DNA of 64,000 nt from Polyangiaceae bacterium (GCA_044222475.1 JBGANF010000018.1:1-64000), one strand, 5' to 3'; shown: positions 31,250 to 40,711, counted from the first letter of the stretch. Translations and numbers: made by a program. The notes: generated by a model not told the origin, from the sequence alone.

Positions 31250-31710
31250 GGACCGTCCTCCGCGAGCAAGAGATCGTAGACCTCGCGCGGGTCGTGCGCG
31301 CCGACGAGCTTCTCGCGGAACGGCTTGCTCCGCAGGATGCGCGAGATGCGCGCGAGCGTCTTCAGGTGCTCGCCGCTCTCCTTCTTCGGCGACACGAGCG
31401 CGATGACGAGCTGCACGTCGGCGTGGTCGATCGCGTCGAAGTCGACACCGCTCGGGACCGTCAGCACCGCGCCGATCTGACGATCGAGCGAGCCGAGCGA
31501 CCCGTGAGGGATGGCGACTCCCTCGCCTATCCCGGTGGATTGGAGCGCTTCGCGCTCCTCGAGAACGCGCCGAATCTCGACCTCGGGCATCGAGGCGCCA
31601 TCGGCGAGGAGGCGCGAAACCTCACCCATGATCTCCGCTTTGGAGAGGGGACCGCCGTTCCGCTGCACGATGGCCACGCGGTCGACGGTGAGCAGCTCAC
31701 TGAGCTTCAA
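31246..31710 (-). CDS. ptsN: PTS EIIA (Ntr/Fru-type)
   Basis: REALQSTGIGEGVAIPHG; VDFDAID; HLKTLARIS; TTG start assumed (alternative 31734). Confidence 0.9.
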   Translation of the reverse strand: MKLSELLTVDRVAIVQRNGGPLSKAEIMGEVSRLLADGASMPEVEIRRVLEEREALQSTGIGEGVAIPHGSLGSLDRQIGAVLTVPSGVDFDAIDHADVQLVIALVSPKKESGEHLKTLARISRILRSKPFREKLVGAHDPREVYDLLLAEDGP

Positions 31711-31801
31711 GTGTCCCTCACTTCTCTCCCCCACGAAAGCGACTCAAACGACGACAGAGGTTAGCGCGCCGCGGGGGAGGGGAGGGTAAGAAACCGGCGA
31801 A

Positions 31802-32173
31802 TCAGTCGTCGTCAGCGACGGGAGCGCCATTCGCGCCCCGCCCACCCTTGGCCGCGTTCGGGAGCAGGCGCTGCGAGGCGCGCTCTTGACCCTTCTTCGA
31901 GCTCTTGGCTCCGCGGATCTGGCGCTCGAGCTTGTCGATCACCTTGTCGATCGTCGCGTACATGTCCTCGCTCGTCTCGTGCGCGTGGAAGTGAGCGCCA
32001 CCCGAGTGGATGTCGATCTCGGCGCTGTGGAGCCGGTTCTGCTGGCAGGAAAGCTTGACCTCGCCTTTCATCGGTTGCCGGAGGAACTTCTGCAGCCGAC
32101 CGACCTTGTCGGTCGCATAGCCCTTCACCGCATCCGTGGATTCCATCTGGCGGAAGGTGATCGCGATATTCAT
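31802..32173 (-). CDS. hpf: Ribosome hibernation promoting factor (short HPF/RaiA)
   Basis: MNIAITFRQME...DMYATIDKVIDKLERQI; directly downstream of rpoN; AAGGAG RBS. Confidence 0.93.
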   Translation of the reverse strand: MNIAITFRQMESTDAVKGYATDKVGRLQKFLRQPMKGEVKLSCQQNRLHSAEIDIHSGGAHFHAHETSEDMYATIDKVIDKLERQIRGAKSSKKGQERASQRLLPNAAKGGRGANGAPVADDD

Positions 32174-32332
32174 CACGCCGTTCTCCTTTGGAGAGCGGGG
32201 CGAGCGGAACCGCCGGGCCCCTTCTCTCGCTTCATCGACAACCACAAGAGTAACGCGTCCGCTCGTCCGCACCTGGAAAAGTTGCGGATCCGACGAAAAC
32301 TTCTCTCCGCTCCGCGCACGGGACTTGCACTC

Positions 32333-32362
32333 CAACGTCAGGGGCTGCGCCCCCGACACCCC
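32333..32362 (-). repeat. 30-nt REP-like hairpin element, copy 1
   Basis: Minus strand ggggtgtcgggggcgcagcccctgacgttg; 29/30 identical to 55521..55550. Confidence 0.8.
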
Positions 32363-32390
32363 CGGTCACCAGAACGCAGAGCTTTTTCGA

Positions 32391-33917
32391 CTAGAAAAGC
32401 TTCTTCCGCTTGCTCGACGGGAGGATGCGCAACATTTCGCGGTATTTCGCCACCGTGCGCCGCGCGATGACCACGCCGTCGCGCTTGGCCAGGATCTCGA
32501 CGATTGCCTGGTCGGAGAGGGGGTTCGACTTCTCCTCCTCCTCGATGATCTTCTTGATCGCCTGCTTGACGCTCTCGGAGGCGATGTCGTCCTCCGCCGT
32601 GCGGCGAATCGACGAGTTGAAGAAGTACTTGAGCTCGAACAACCCCTGCGGAGTGTGGACGTACTTGTTGGTCGTCACTCGACTGATCGTGCTCTCGTGC
32701 ATGCCGACGGCGTAGGCGACGTCGCGGAGGATCATCGGCTTGAGGAACGCGACACCCTTCTCGAAGAAGTCGCGCTGCTTGTCGACGATGCACTCGGTGA
32801 CCTTGATGATCGTCTTCCGCCGCTGCTCGATCGCGCGGATGAGCGACTGCGCGTTGCGGAGCTTCTCTCCGATGAAGTCCTTCGCTTGCGGGTCCTTCAA
32901 GAGCTGCTTGGTGAGCGACTCGTTGATGTAGAGCCGCTGGACGCCGCGATCGTTGTCGCTCACGACGAAGCGCTCGCCGTCCTTCACGACGTAGACGTCG
33001 GGCGTGATGCCGATGCTGCGATCGTCCGTCTCGGTGAAGTTGCGTGACGGCCGGCTCTCGAGCTTCTGGATCTCTTTGACCGCCTCGTACACTTCCTCGA
33101 CCGGCACCTTCAGATCCCGCGCGATCGCGGGGTAGTTGTGCTTCTCGAGGTTGTGCATGTGCTTGTCGATGATCTGGATCTCCAGATCTTCGTAGCCGAA
33201 CACCTCGGCCTGAACGAGCAGGCACTCGCGGAGGTCGCGCGCGCAGGCGCCGACGGGATCCCACTCCTGCATGATGCGGAGCACCTCGGGTGCGTCTTCG
33301 GGGTCGAGCCCTGCTTCTTGAGCGAGCTGCTCCAGCGAGAGGTCGGGCGTGACCGTGCCGTCCTCGCGCTCGGTTCCCTTGAGGTCGAGGAAGCCGTTGT
33401 CGTCGAGGTTGCCGAGCACCATCTCGGCGAAGGCGCGCTCGGGCTCCGTCAGGTCGCTCACCTGGAGCTGCCAGCGGAGGTGATCGACCAGCGAGGTCCC
33501 CTTGGTGAGGTTCTGCTCGATCGGCGGCAGGTCTTCGAACCCGCCTCGGCTCGCGGGGAGCGGCTGCTGCATCGACCGGTTCTCGAGGAACTGCTCCCAG
33601 TCGATCTCGTTGACCTTCTTCTCGTCGGCTGCGCGCTGGAGCTCTTCGCCTTTGTTGCGATCCGACAAGCGCTCGCTCAGGCCGAGGCGGTTGTCGCTGT
33701 CGTTCGACGGCGACTCTTGGTGGACGACCTCGCCCGGCTGCGTGGTCCTCGGCCGCGGCTCGATCTCGTCGTCGGCGAGGACCGGGTTCGCGTCGAGCTC
33801 CTTGCGAATCTCGTCGATCAGCTCGAGGCGCGAGAGCTGCAGCAGGCGGATCGCCTGCTGAAGCTGGGGCGTCATCACCAGCTGTTGACTGAGCTTGAGC
33901 TGTTGCTTGATTTCCAT
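32391..33917 (-). CDS. rpoN: RNA polymerase sigma-54 factor
   Basis: MTPQLQQAIRLLQL, HESTISR, RpoN box ARRTVAKYRE. Confidence 0.99.
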   Translation of the reverse strand: MEIKQQLKLSQQLVMTPQLQQAIRLLQLSRLELIDEIRKELDANPVLADDEIEPRPRTTQPGEVVHQESPSNDSDNRLGLSERLSDRNKGEELQRAADEKKVNEIDWEQFLENRSMQQPLPASRGGFEDLPPIEQNLTKGTSLVDHLRWQLQVSDLTEPERAFAEMVLGNLDDNGFLDLKGTEREDGTVTPDLSLEQLAQEAGLDPEDAPEVLRIMQEWDPVGACARDLRECLLVQAEVFGYEDLEIQIIDKHMHNLEKHNYPAIARDLKVPVEEVYEAVKEIQKLESRPSRNFTETDDRSIGITPDVYVVKDGERFVVSDNDRGVQRLYINESLTKQLLKDPQAKDFIGEKLRNAQSLIRAIEQRRKTIIKVTECIVDKQRDFFEKGVAFLKPMILRDVAYAVGMHESTISRVTTNKYVHTPQGLFELKYFFNSSIRRTAEDDIASESVKQAIKKIIEEEEKSNPLSDQAIVEILAKRDGVVIARRTVAKYREMLRILPSSKRKKLF

Positions 33918-34009
33918 GGGATTTCAGCGCCGCCTCGGTCGGCGCTTCATGCGCCGGAGAGGCCCGAACCTTGCAACACCCCAAACCTAACACGCATCGC
34001 GACGCCCGT

Positions 34010-34026
34010 TGCTACAATCGTGCCAA
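34010..34026 (-). promoter_or_regulatory. sigma54 -24/-12 site upstream of rpoN
   Basis: Minus strand TTGGCACGATTGTAGCA, GG-N10-GC, ~92 nt upstream of the rpoN ATG. Confidence 0.75.
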
Positions 34027-34635
34027 GTGTTCGATGACCCCTTGACACGGGCGTTCTTCGCTCGGGATGCGCTCGTGGTCGCCCGCGCTCTCATCGGTTG
34101 CATCCTGCAACGAGGCGACGCGTGGGGCCGCATCGTCGAGACCGAGGCGTACCGCGGTCCGACCGACCTCGCGTGCCATGCGCGCGCAGGGCGGACGGCG
34201 CGAACGCGCGCGCTCTTCGGGCCGCCGGGCCACGCGTACGTGTTCCTCGTCTACGGCATGCACGAGTGCATGAACGTGGTCTGCAAGGCCGAAGGCAGCG
34301 GGCACGCGGTGCTGCTCCGCGGCGTGGAGCCGATCCGCGGGCTCCCAGCGGACGCGCGTGGAGACGGGCCAGGGCGCCTCTCGCGAATGTTGCAGATTGC
34401 ACGTGACATCGACGGCGCGGATCTCTGCGCGCCGGGCGCACCGCTTCGGTTGTACCCGCGCGCCGCCCGCCCGCGCATCGCGGTGACGGCGCGGGTCGGT
34501 GTCGGCTACGCCGGCGCGTGGGCGGAGAAGCCTTGGCGCTTCCTCGACGAGCGGAGCGCCCACGTCTCGCGCCCGAGCGCGAAGGTCATCGGGCTCGGCG
34601 ACGCGCGAACGCCTAGGGCGAGGTCCACACGATGA
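34027..34635 (+). CDS. mpg: DNA-3-methyladenine glycosylase (MPG/AAG family)
   Basis: GRIVETEAY, ACHA, PGHAYVFLVYGMH, AVLLRG, GPGRL, RVGV, PWRF. Confidence 0.93.
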   Translation: MFDDPLTRAFFARDALVVARALIGCILQRGDAWGRIVETEAYRGPTDLACHARAGRTARTRALFGPPGHAYVFLVYGMHECMNVVCKAEGSGHAVLLRGVEPIRGLPADARGDGPGRLSRMLQIARDIDGADLCAPGAPLRLYPRAARPRIAVTARVGVGYAGAWAEKPWRFLDERSAHVSRPSAKVIGLGDARTPRARSTR

Positions 34636-35098
34636 TCTCGACCGTCCCCGGCGCGCCCTGGACCGCGAGCGTCGCGCGCTGACCCTTGCGCAGACACACC
34701 GGCCCCTTCGCGCCGACGGCGGCGGTCGCCCCCCGCGCCGTCGCGAGGACGTGGCCGGCGTCGTCGGTGAGCGTCGCGTCGATGATCTCGGGAGCGACGA
34801 TCGCGATGCGGTAGCAGCGGTCGGCGTCGGTGGGGGCGAGCGCGTACGCTCCGCCGTCGCGTGGCTCGATCCGTGTTCGCTCGAGCTCCCTCATGCCCGG
34901 CGCGAGACGCTGCGCGAGCGCGGCGACGTCGAGACCTGCATCGAGCGGCGAAGCCGCCGTGCCGTCGACGTCGCTCGCGTCGAGCCCTGCGTCGTCGCGC
35001 GCCGTCGGCGCGTGCGGGCGCGGCAGAGCGGCCGCGGCGCACGCGACGCCGGCCACGGCCAGGGTGAGCACGAGCAGCACGCGCCGGCGGGGAATCAC
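34613..35098 (-). CDS. Hypothetical exported protein
   Basis: GTGA-coupled to bactofilin stop; N-terminal signal; CYRIAIV...GPVCLRKG small beta-sandwich-like region. Confidence 0.6.
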   Translation of the reverse strand: MIPRRRVLLVLTLAVAGVACAAAALPRPHAPTARDDAGLDASDVDGTAASPLDAGLDVAALAQRLAPGMRELERTRIEPRDGGAYALAPTDADRCYRIAIVAPEIIDATLTDDAGHVLATARGATAAVGAKGPVCLRKGQRATLAVQGAPGTVEIIVWTSP

Positions 35099-35487
35099 GT
35101 GGCGGAAGGCTTCTGCGCGTCGTCGACCGGGTCCATGCGACAGGTGCCGCGGAACTCGACGCCGCGATCGAGGAAGACCGAAGGCGAGTGCAGGTTGCCA
35201 GTGACCTTCGCGGGCGCGTGGATCTCGATCGCGGTCTTCGCCACGATGTCGCCGACGATCTCGCCGCCCTTCACGATCACCGTCGCGACGGTGATGGCGG
35301 CGTGGACCTCGGCGCCGTCCGCGACGATGAGCGTGTCGTCGCTGCGGATCTCGCCCTTCAGCCAGCCCTCGATTCGGACCCGGCCCTCGAAGTGGAGCTT
35401 GCCCTCGAACCGCGTGCCGCGTCCGAGGAGAGCGGTGAGCTCCACCGACGCTGCCGCGCCACTTGGAGCCTGAGCCTGAGCTTCCAT
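35095..35487 (-). CDS. Bactofilin (polymer-forming cytoskeletal protein)
   Basis: LLGRGTRFEGKLHFEGRVRIEG, GEIVGDI, KVTGNL, GVEFRG. Confidence 0.93.
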   Translation of the reverse strand: MEAQAQAPSGAAASVELTALLGRGTRFEGKLHFEGRVRIEGWLKGEIRSDDTLIVADGAEVHAAITVATVIVKGGEIVGDIVAKTAIEIHAPAKVTGNLHSPSVFLDRGVEFRGTCRMDPVDDAQKPSAT

Positions 35488-35773
35488 GCCCGTCCCTTAT
35501 CACGACCGAAGCCGTCAGCCCTCTACCAAGAACCACCGTGCGGGCCGTTACGCCCATGACGCACGCCGACCCACACCGATAATTCAGTTGGAGTTACGGA
35601 CACCTGCGGCGGCGTTCCGCTCGGAACGAAATGTGCATACGGTGGCGGGCGTCCGTTCAGTGGCGGGCAGCAACAGGTACGTGGGCAGAAATCAGGACAC
35701 CGGCTCCGGTAGCCGTTGACACCTGGGCCCTTCCCGCGTTTAGGTCCGCGTCCTCGCGTCCAGGAGCTCGAAC

Positions 35774-37012
35774 ATGTCGCGTCAGCGTTCACTACACACC
35801 TTCGCCGCGCTCGCCGCGCTCGCCGCCGTCTTCGCCTTCGGTGGCACCGCCGCCGCAGCCGACGCGCCGCCCGCGGATCCGCCGCCGGCCGCCCCGCCGA
35901 CCGACCCGGCCGGTGGAGCCAACCCCGCGGATCCCAACGCTGCGGTGGTCGCTGCCCCGAGTCACCCCGCGATCTTCACGTCGACCCTCACCGCCGACCC
36001 CGCCAAGGACAAGGACAAGGTCGACGCGCCCAAGAAGAAGGAGCCCCTTCGCTGGGCGAACAGCCAGTTCTTCCAGCAGGTCGGCGTCACGCCGAACGTT
36101 CTCAGCCCCGGCGCTACGCAGTCGCCCGACGTCACCGTCGACACGTTCATGCTCCTCCAGCCGCGCTTCTCGATCACGAAGGAGTGGCAGGTCCGTCTCC
36201 GCATGACCGGCAACTACGAGTTCACGAACAACGCGAACTCGAGCACGACGCGCGCGCGCGAGTTCCGCTTCGGTGACGCGATCCCGTCGCTGTGGTTCAG
36301 CGGCATCCCGGCCTTCGCTGGCTTCAAGCTCACGCCCAACATCGGGTTGACGATCCCTCTCTCCGTCGAGTCGCAGGCGCGCACGATGATCGTGTCGCCC
36401 TCGCTCGGTCTGCAGCTGGCTCACCCCTTCGAGCACTTCCTCGGCGGCGAGGGGATCGTGATCGTCTCGTCGTCGTTCGCCCACCCCTTCTACCGCTACA
36501 CGACGCCGGGAGTGGAGAACCCGCCGACCTACCAGCGCCAGTGCGCGAGCCCGGCCGATTTCAGCTGCGGTCTCCAGGCGAGCGGCGCTTCGAACCCGGC
36601 CAACATCCTCACCTTCCTCGCCGTCATCTCGGCCGAGTGGGGCAAGGTGTCGCCCGGCATCGCCGTCCTCTCGAGCTCCCAGTGGACGTACGACTTCAAG
36701 GACATCAACGGTGTCCAGCGCGATCCGAACCGCACCAACCTCCGCCAGACCGTCTACGCGGCGGCGTGGGTCGACTACAACTGGAACAGCTGGTTCACGA
36801 CCGAGGTCGGCTACCAAATCTTCCGCAACGTGCTCAACAGCGACGGCACCTACGGCAACCCCGTGTACGACGCGTACAACGGTGACATGCGGTTCTACGT
36901 CGGCATCAACGTCGGCCTCGACAAGCTCTACCAGACCATCACCGGCGACGCCGAAGAGGCCGCGGGCGTCGTCCGTGTCCACAACGATCGCAAGGCAACG
37001 ACCACCTACTGA
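35774..37012 (+). CDS. Secreted protein, probable outer-membrane beta-barrel
   Basis: AGGAG RBS; signal peptide; Pro-rich linker; aromatic amphipathic strands (WVDYNWNSWFTTEVGYQ, RFYVGINV). Confidence 0.65.
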   Translation: MSRQRSLHTFAALAALAAVFAFGGTAAAADAPPADPPPAAPPTDPAGGANPADPNAAVVAAPSHPAIFTSTLTADPAKDKDKVDAPKKKEPLRWANSQFFQQVGVTPNVLSPGATQSPDVTVDTFMLLQPRFSITKEWQVRLRMTGNYEFTNNANSSTTRAREFRFGDAIPSLWFSGIPAFAGFKLTPNIGLTIPLSVESQARTMIVSPSLGLQLAHPFEHFLGGEGIVIVSSSFAHPFYRYTTPGVENPPTYQRQCASPADFSCGLQASGASNPANILTFLAVISAEWGKVSPGIAVLSSSQWTYDFKDINGVQRDPNRTNLRQTVYAAAWVDYNWNSWFTTEVGYQIFRNVLNSDGTYGNPVYDAYNGDMRFYVGINVGLDKLYQTITGDAEEAAGVVRVHNDRKATTTY

Positions 37013-37038
37013 GGGGTGCTCGGGGCATGGCGCGAAAG

Positions 37039-37071
37039 GCGCGGGGATCGATCGGTCCCCGCGTTTTTTTT
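37039..37071 (+). terminator. Rho-independent terminator
   Basis: gcgcggggatcg-at-cggtccccgcg followed by T8. Confidence 0.85.
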
Positions 37072-37147
37072 ACGCATCCGCACACCGCGGAGCTGTATGT
37101 TGCCGCGCGTTCATCACGTAGAGCGCGCGAACGGAAAGGGAACGGAG

Positions 37148-38158
37148 ATGATCTCGAGTCGGTTGGGTAGGGCGGTGTCGTGCGGCCTCGGTGCAGTCGT
37201 GGGTCTCGCGGCGATCCTGTCGTCGGGCGTGGCAAGCGCCGAAGACGCGAAGCCCGCCGCCACGACCGAGGCACCGAAGCCTCACGCCAAGTGGCGTGAC
37301 CCGCTCGCGGTCGGGCTCGACGTGACCGTGGGTCTGAGCACTCGGCCTTCGGTGCTCGAGCTTCCGCCCGCCGGTGGCTTCACCGAGCCGGGCAACGCCG
37401 TCATCGATAGCGGCCACCGCGCGGGGGTCTTCCTGCTGCGTGCGCGCTACGACTTCGGCCGCGTCGGTCTCGCGGTGCGTTTTCCGATCATCGCGGGCCG
37501 CGTGTACGACAACGACAACCCGCGTGGCTTCGGCGACAGCCGCTTCTACTCCGGCAACATCGAGTTCAGCGTCGAGATGCCGAAGCAGGTGTCGCCGACG
37601 GTTCGCTACACGCCCTCCGTCTCGCTCCTCGCGCCGACGGCGGGAGGCACCGCCTTCGAGCGTGGCGACGACGTGAGCAGCCCGAGCTTCGATCGCGGCA
37701 GCGCACAGCGCTACAGCCTCGGCCTGGCAGCGTCCTACGCCCTCGGTGGTGAAGAGAACGCGCTGTTCCTCAACCACCGCGTCGGCATCGTCCCTCGCAT
37801 CGGCTTCGACTTGACCCCCGGCCACGCCGAGATCGGTCCGTTCCTCAAGGTACCGATCATGATCGCGGTGCAGGACTCGACGAACGAGCCGCTTCGCGTC
37901 GAGGTCGTCGGCGGCGTGCGCTTCGCCTATTGGCTCGGGCCCGTGTCGGTCGGCGTGCGCCTGCTCGGCAACGTCCCGATCGCGACGCGCGACTCGTTTC
38001 GCGATCCGTGGTTCTTCGTCGAGCCCGAGCTGCGCTTCCAGATCACGCCGTCGTTCCGCGCGCACGTGAGCGGGCTCCTGCCGATCGCCGCACCCGCGGC
38101 CATCTACGACACGCCGGCGGCGGGCTCGATCCGCGGCGGGTTCGCCATCACGTTCTGA
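37148..38158 (+). CDS. Putative outer-membrane beta-barrel protein
   Basis: Signal peptide (ASA-E); amphipathic strands; C-terminal RGGFAITF. Confidence 0.7.
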   Translation: MISSRLGRAVSCGLGAVVGLAAILSSGVASAEDAKPAATTEAPKPHAKWRDPLAVGLDVTVGLSTRPSVLELPPAGGFTEPGNAVIDSGHRAGVFLLRARYDFGRVGLAVRFPIIAGRVYDNDNPRGFGDSRFYSGNIEFSVEMPKQVSPTVRYTPSVSLLAPTAGGTAFERGDDVSSPSFDRGSAQRYSLGLAASYALGGEENALFLNHRVGIVPRIGFDLTPGHAEIGPFLKVPIMIAVQDSTNEPLRVEVVGGVRFAYWLGPVSVGVRLLGNVPIATRDSFRDPWFFVEPELRFQITPSFRAHVSGLLPIAAPAAIYDTPAAGSIRGGFAITF

Positions 38159-38212
38159 CGGGTTTTCGCCCACAATTTTCCATGCCGGCCGGGGCCGTGC
38201 TCTACTAGGAGC

Positions 38213-38869
38213 ATGCGGTTTCGTCTGCCCTCTCGCCTGATGTGGGGATCAGTCTTGGTGGCGGTCGCGCTCGCCCCCGCCGCGTTCGCCGATGCACCGG
38301 CGGCCAGCAGCGCCCCCGCCGATTCCGCGGCGCCCGTCACTCCGCCCAGCGCGTCGGTGTCGGCGGCGCCCGCACGGCCGGCGACCGGCTACGGATACTC
38401 GACGCGACCGGCAGCAGCGGCCGGCGCGCGTCCGGTGCAGCGCACCGCGGCTGCGCGTCCTGCCGCGCCGAGCGGGCCAGTGGCGACGCTCCCCGGATTC
38501 GAGATGCAGTCCGACGGCAGCTCGCGCCTCTTCGTGCAGCTCACGCAGACCGTGCAGGTCGAAGAGCGGGTGGCGAAGGGCCAGCTCACGTACGTCCTCA
38601 AGGGGACGCACGTCACCGTGCACAACAACCAGAACCCGCTCGAAACGGTGCACTTCAACACGCCAGTGACGCGCGCGCGGTTGGTCCCGTCGGGTGGCGA
38701 TCTGCTGTTCGTGATCGAGCTCCGCGCGGCCGCGACGCCGACGTGGAAGATCACCCCCGCGAAGGACGGGTCTGCGATCCTGATGGTCGACTTCCCGAAG
38801 GGCTCGTACCTCGGTGCGCCGCCCCCGCCGGCCCCGCCGCCGAGCGGAAGCGCAGCGCCGCGGCGGTGA
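38213..38869 (+). CDS. AMIN-like domain protein
   Basis: Signal peptide; Ala/Pro linker; SRLFVQLT...FNTPVTRARL...LFVIELR...LMVDFP. Confidence 0.65.
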   Translation: MRFRLPSRLMWGSVLVAVALAPAAFADAPAASSAPADSAAPVTPPSASVSAAPARPATGYGYSTRPAAAAGARPVQRTAAARPAAPSGPVATLPGFEMQSDGSSRLFVQLTQTVQVEERVAKGQLTYVLKGTHVTVHNNQNPLETVHFNTPVTRARLVPSGGDLLFVIELRAAATPTWKITPAKDGSAILMVDFPKGSYLGAPPPPAPPPSGSAAPRR

Positions 38870-38895
38870 CGCGCTCGCGCCCGTGTTGGTGAGCC

Positions 38896-40695
38896 TTGCG
38901 GCGGACCGTCCTCTTCCTTCTCGCCGCTGCGCTGGTCGCGCGAACCTCGTCGGCGCAGGAGCTCGACGTCCACGCCGACGACGTCCAGGTCGACCCGCGC
39001 CTCCGTGAGCTCGATCTCAAGGGGAACGTGCGCGCCGACCTGCCGCCGTTCCACCTGAGCGCCGATGCGCTGCACCTCAGCCGTTCGTCGCTCGGCGTCA
39101 TCGTCGAGGGCGACGGTCGCCTCGCGTTCTGTCCCTGTTTGGGAACGCCGCTCGCGATCGCGTTCTCTCGCGCGACGGTCGCACCGCCGGCGGATCTCTT
39201 CCTCAAGAACGCGCGGCTCGAGATCTTCGGCTTGCCCATCTTCTGGCTCCCCTACTTCTGGCTGCGTGGGCCGACGCGCTTCGGGCTGCTTCCGCCGGAC
39301 CTCCAGGTTCGCGCGAAGGACGGCGTGTACCTCGGGGGCGGCGTGCACGTCCCGTGGAAGTCGCCCGGTGGGCAGAGCGCGCTCGATCTGCGCGGCGGCG
39401 GTTATTTCCTCGGCGGCGCGGTAGCCGACGCCGAGCTCCGCACACCGACGTCGACGTCGCACGTGCGGTGGGACTACCTCGGGACGCACGGTCTCCGGGT
39501 GGACGCGCGCGGGTTCGCGGGGCGAGGCTCGTCGCGGGTCGTGTGGGACGTCGACGCGCTCCGGGGCGCGCGCGCGGTGCAGGCGACGACGCCTCTCGAC
39601 GTGGCGTCGCGCCCGTACGACGTCGCGTCGATCGAGGCGCAGCAGTTCGGGCTCGTGAACGTCGCGCTCGGCTACCGCGCGATCAGCGCACGCGGGAGCG
39701 ACGCGCTGACGATCGAAGCGTCGGGACCGGTCGCGGTCGCGTCGGCGGGCGCGTCCGTCGGACCGATGGTGCTCGACGGGGTCGTCGACGCGGGCCTCCT
39801 GCGGTTGCCGGGTGCGGTGAGTCTCTCGTTCGCGCGCGCCGACGCTGGCGTCGAGATCGCGGGACACGCGGGGCCGGTCGCGATCCGCGATCGGGTGCGC
39901 GGCTCGGGCGTGGCGATCGCTGGCGGCACCGGCGATGGCACGGGAGGGTCGGCGTCGACGCGCGTCACCATCGGCGTGCCGCTGGCGCGAGGCTTCCCGA
40001 TCGGAGCATCGGCCGACCCTCTGCGCCATCGGATCGAGCCGTTCGTCGCGGCGTTCGGCGCGCTCACCGGTGGCGATCGCGCGCTCGGCGTGCTGCCGGG
40101 GCGTGGCGTATCGCTGCTCTCCGACGGCGCCACCTTCGGGGCCGAAGGCGGCGTCGCGACGTCGCTCGGGCGGTGGGCCTCGGGAAACTCGGGCGAGGCG
40201 CTGGCCACCGCCGGTGCGCTCAGCGACTCACGGGGCACGCGAGGACTGGTGCGGTGGCGGGTCGCTGCGACGTCGAGCGTCGTGTCGGCGAACGTCGACG
40301 GCGCGCACGTGCTCGGCGACGGCGACGCGATCGCGTTTCGCGTTCGCCTCGGCGCGATGGATCGTCTCGGGCTGCGCGCTCACGGCACGTGGCGACGCGG
40401 AGAGGACCCGATCGCGGCGCGAGCGCTCGGCGATGCGCCCATCACGGTACCGATCGGGTACGTCTCGACCGAAGGCTTCTCTGGCGGCGTCGCTGCGTCG
40501 ATCCCTTGGGCGCGGTTCCTCGCGACGCGCGGGGGCGTCGATTGGGACTTCACCGCCGGTAGGCTGCTCGGCGCGTGGGGCACCATCGAGCTCCGCGACA
40601 CGTGCGGATGTCTGCGCCTCCGCGTGACCGGCGCGCATCGCCTCGGGCGCGACGGGCTCGACGTGTGGATGAGCATCGATTTCGCGCCGCGTTGA
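38896..40695 (+). CDS. Divergent LptD-like outer-membrane protein
   Basis: N-terminal OstA-like VHADDV...LKGNV...LSADAL; FCPC; ARLEIFGLPIFWLPYF; RFGLLPP; C-terminal DTCGCLRL. Confidence 0.6.
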   Translation: MRRTVLFLLAAALVARTSSAQELDVHADDVQVDPRLRELDLKGNVRADLPPFHLSADALHLSRSSLGVIVEGDGRLAFCPCLGTPLAIAFSRATVAPPADLFLKNARLEIFGLPIFWLPYFWLRGPTRFGLLPPDLQVRAKDGVYLGGGVHVPWKSPGGQSALDLRGGGYFLGGAVADAELRTPTSTSHVRWDYLGTHGLRVDARGFAGRGSSRVVWDVDALRGARAVQATTPLDVASRPYDVASIEAQQFGLVNVALGYRAISARGSDALTIEASGPVAVASAGASVGPMVLDGVVDAGLLRLPGAVSLSFARADAGVEIAGHAGPVAIRDRVRGSGVAIAGGTGDGTGGSASTRVTIGVPLARGFPIGASADPLRHRIEPFVAAFGALTGGDRALGVLPGRGVSLLSDGATFGAEGGVATSLGRWASGNSGEALATAGALSDSRGTRGLVRWRVAATSSVVSANVDGAHVLGDGDAIAFRVRLGAMDRLGLRAHGTWRRGEDPIAARALGDAPITVPIGYVSTEGFSGGVAASIPWARFLATRGGVDWDFTAGRLLGAWGTIELRDTCGCLRLRVTGAHRLGRDGLDVWMSIDFAPR

Positions 40696-40711
40696 GGCTA
40701 CGCGACAGCGC

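Noticed and set aside
38186..38201. CGGCCGGGGCCGTGCT as a sigma54 promoter for the AMIN-like gene
   Set aside because: Spacing is right but the match to TGGCACG is poor; likely by chance at this GC content
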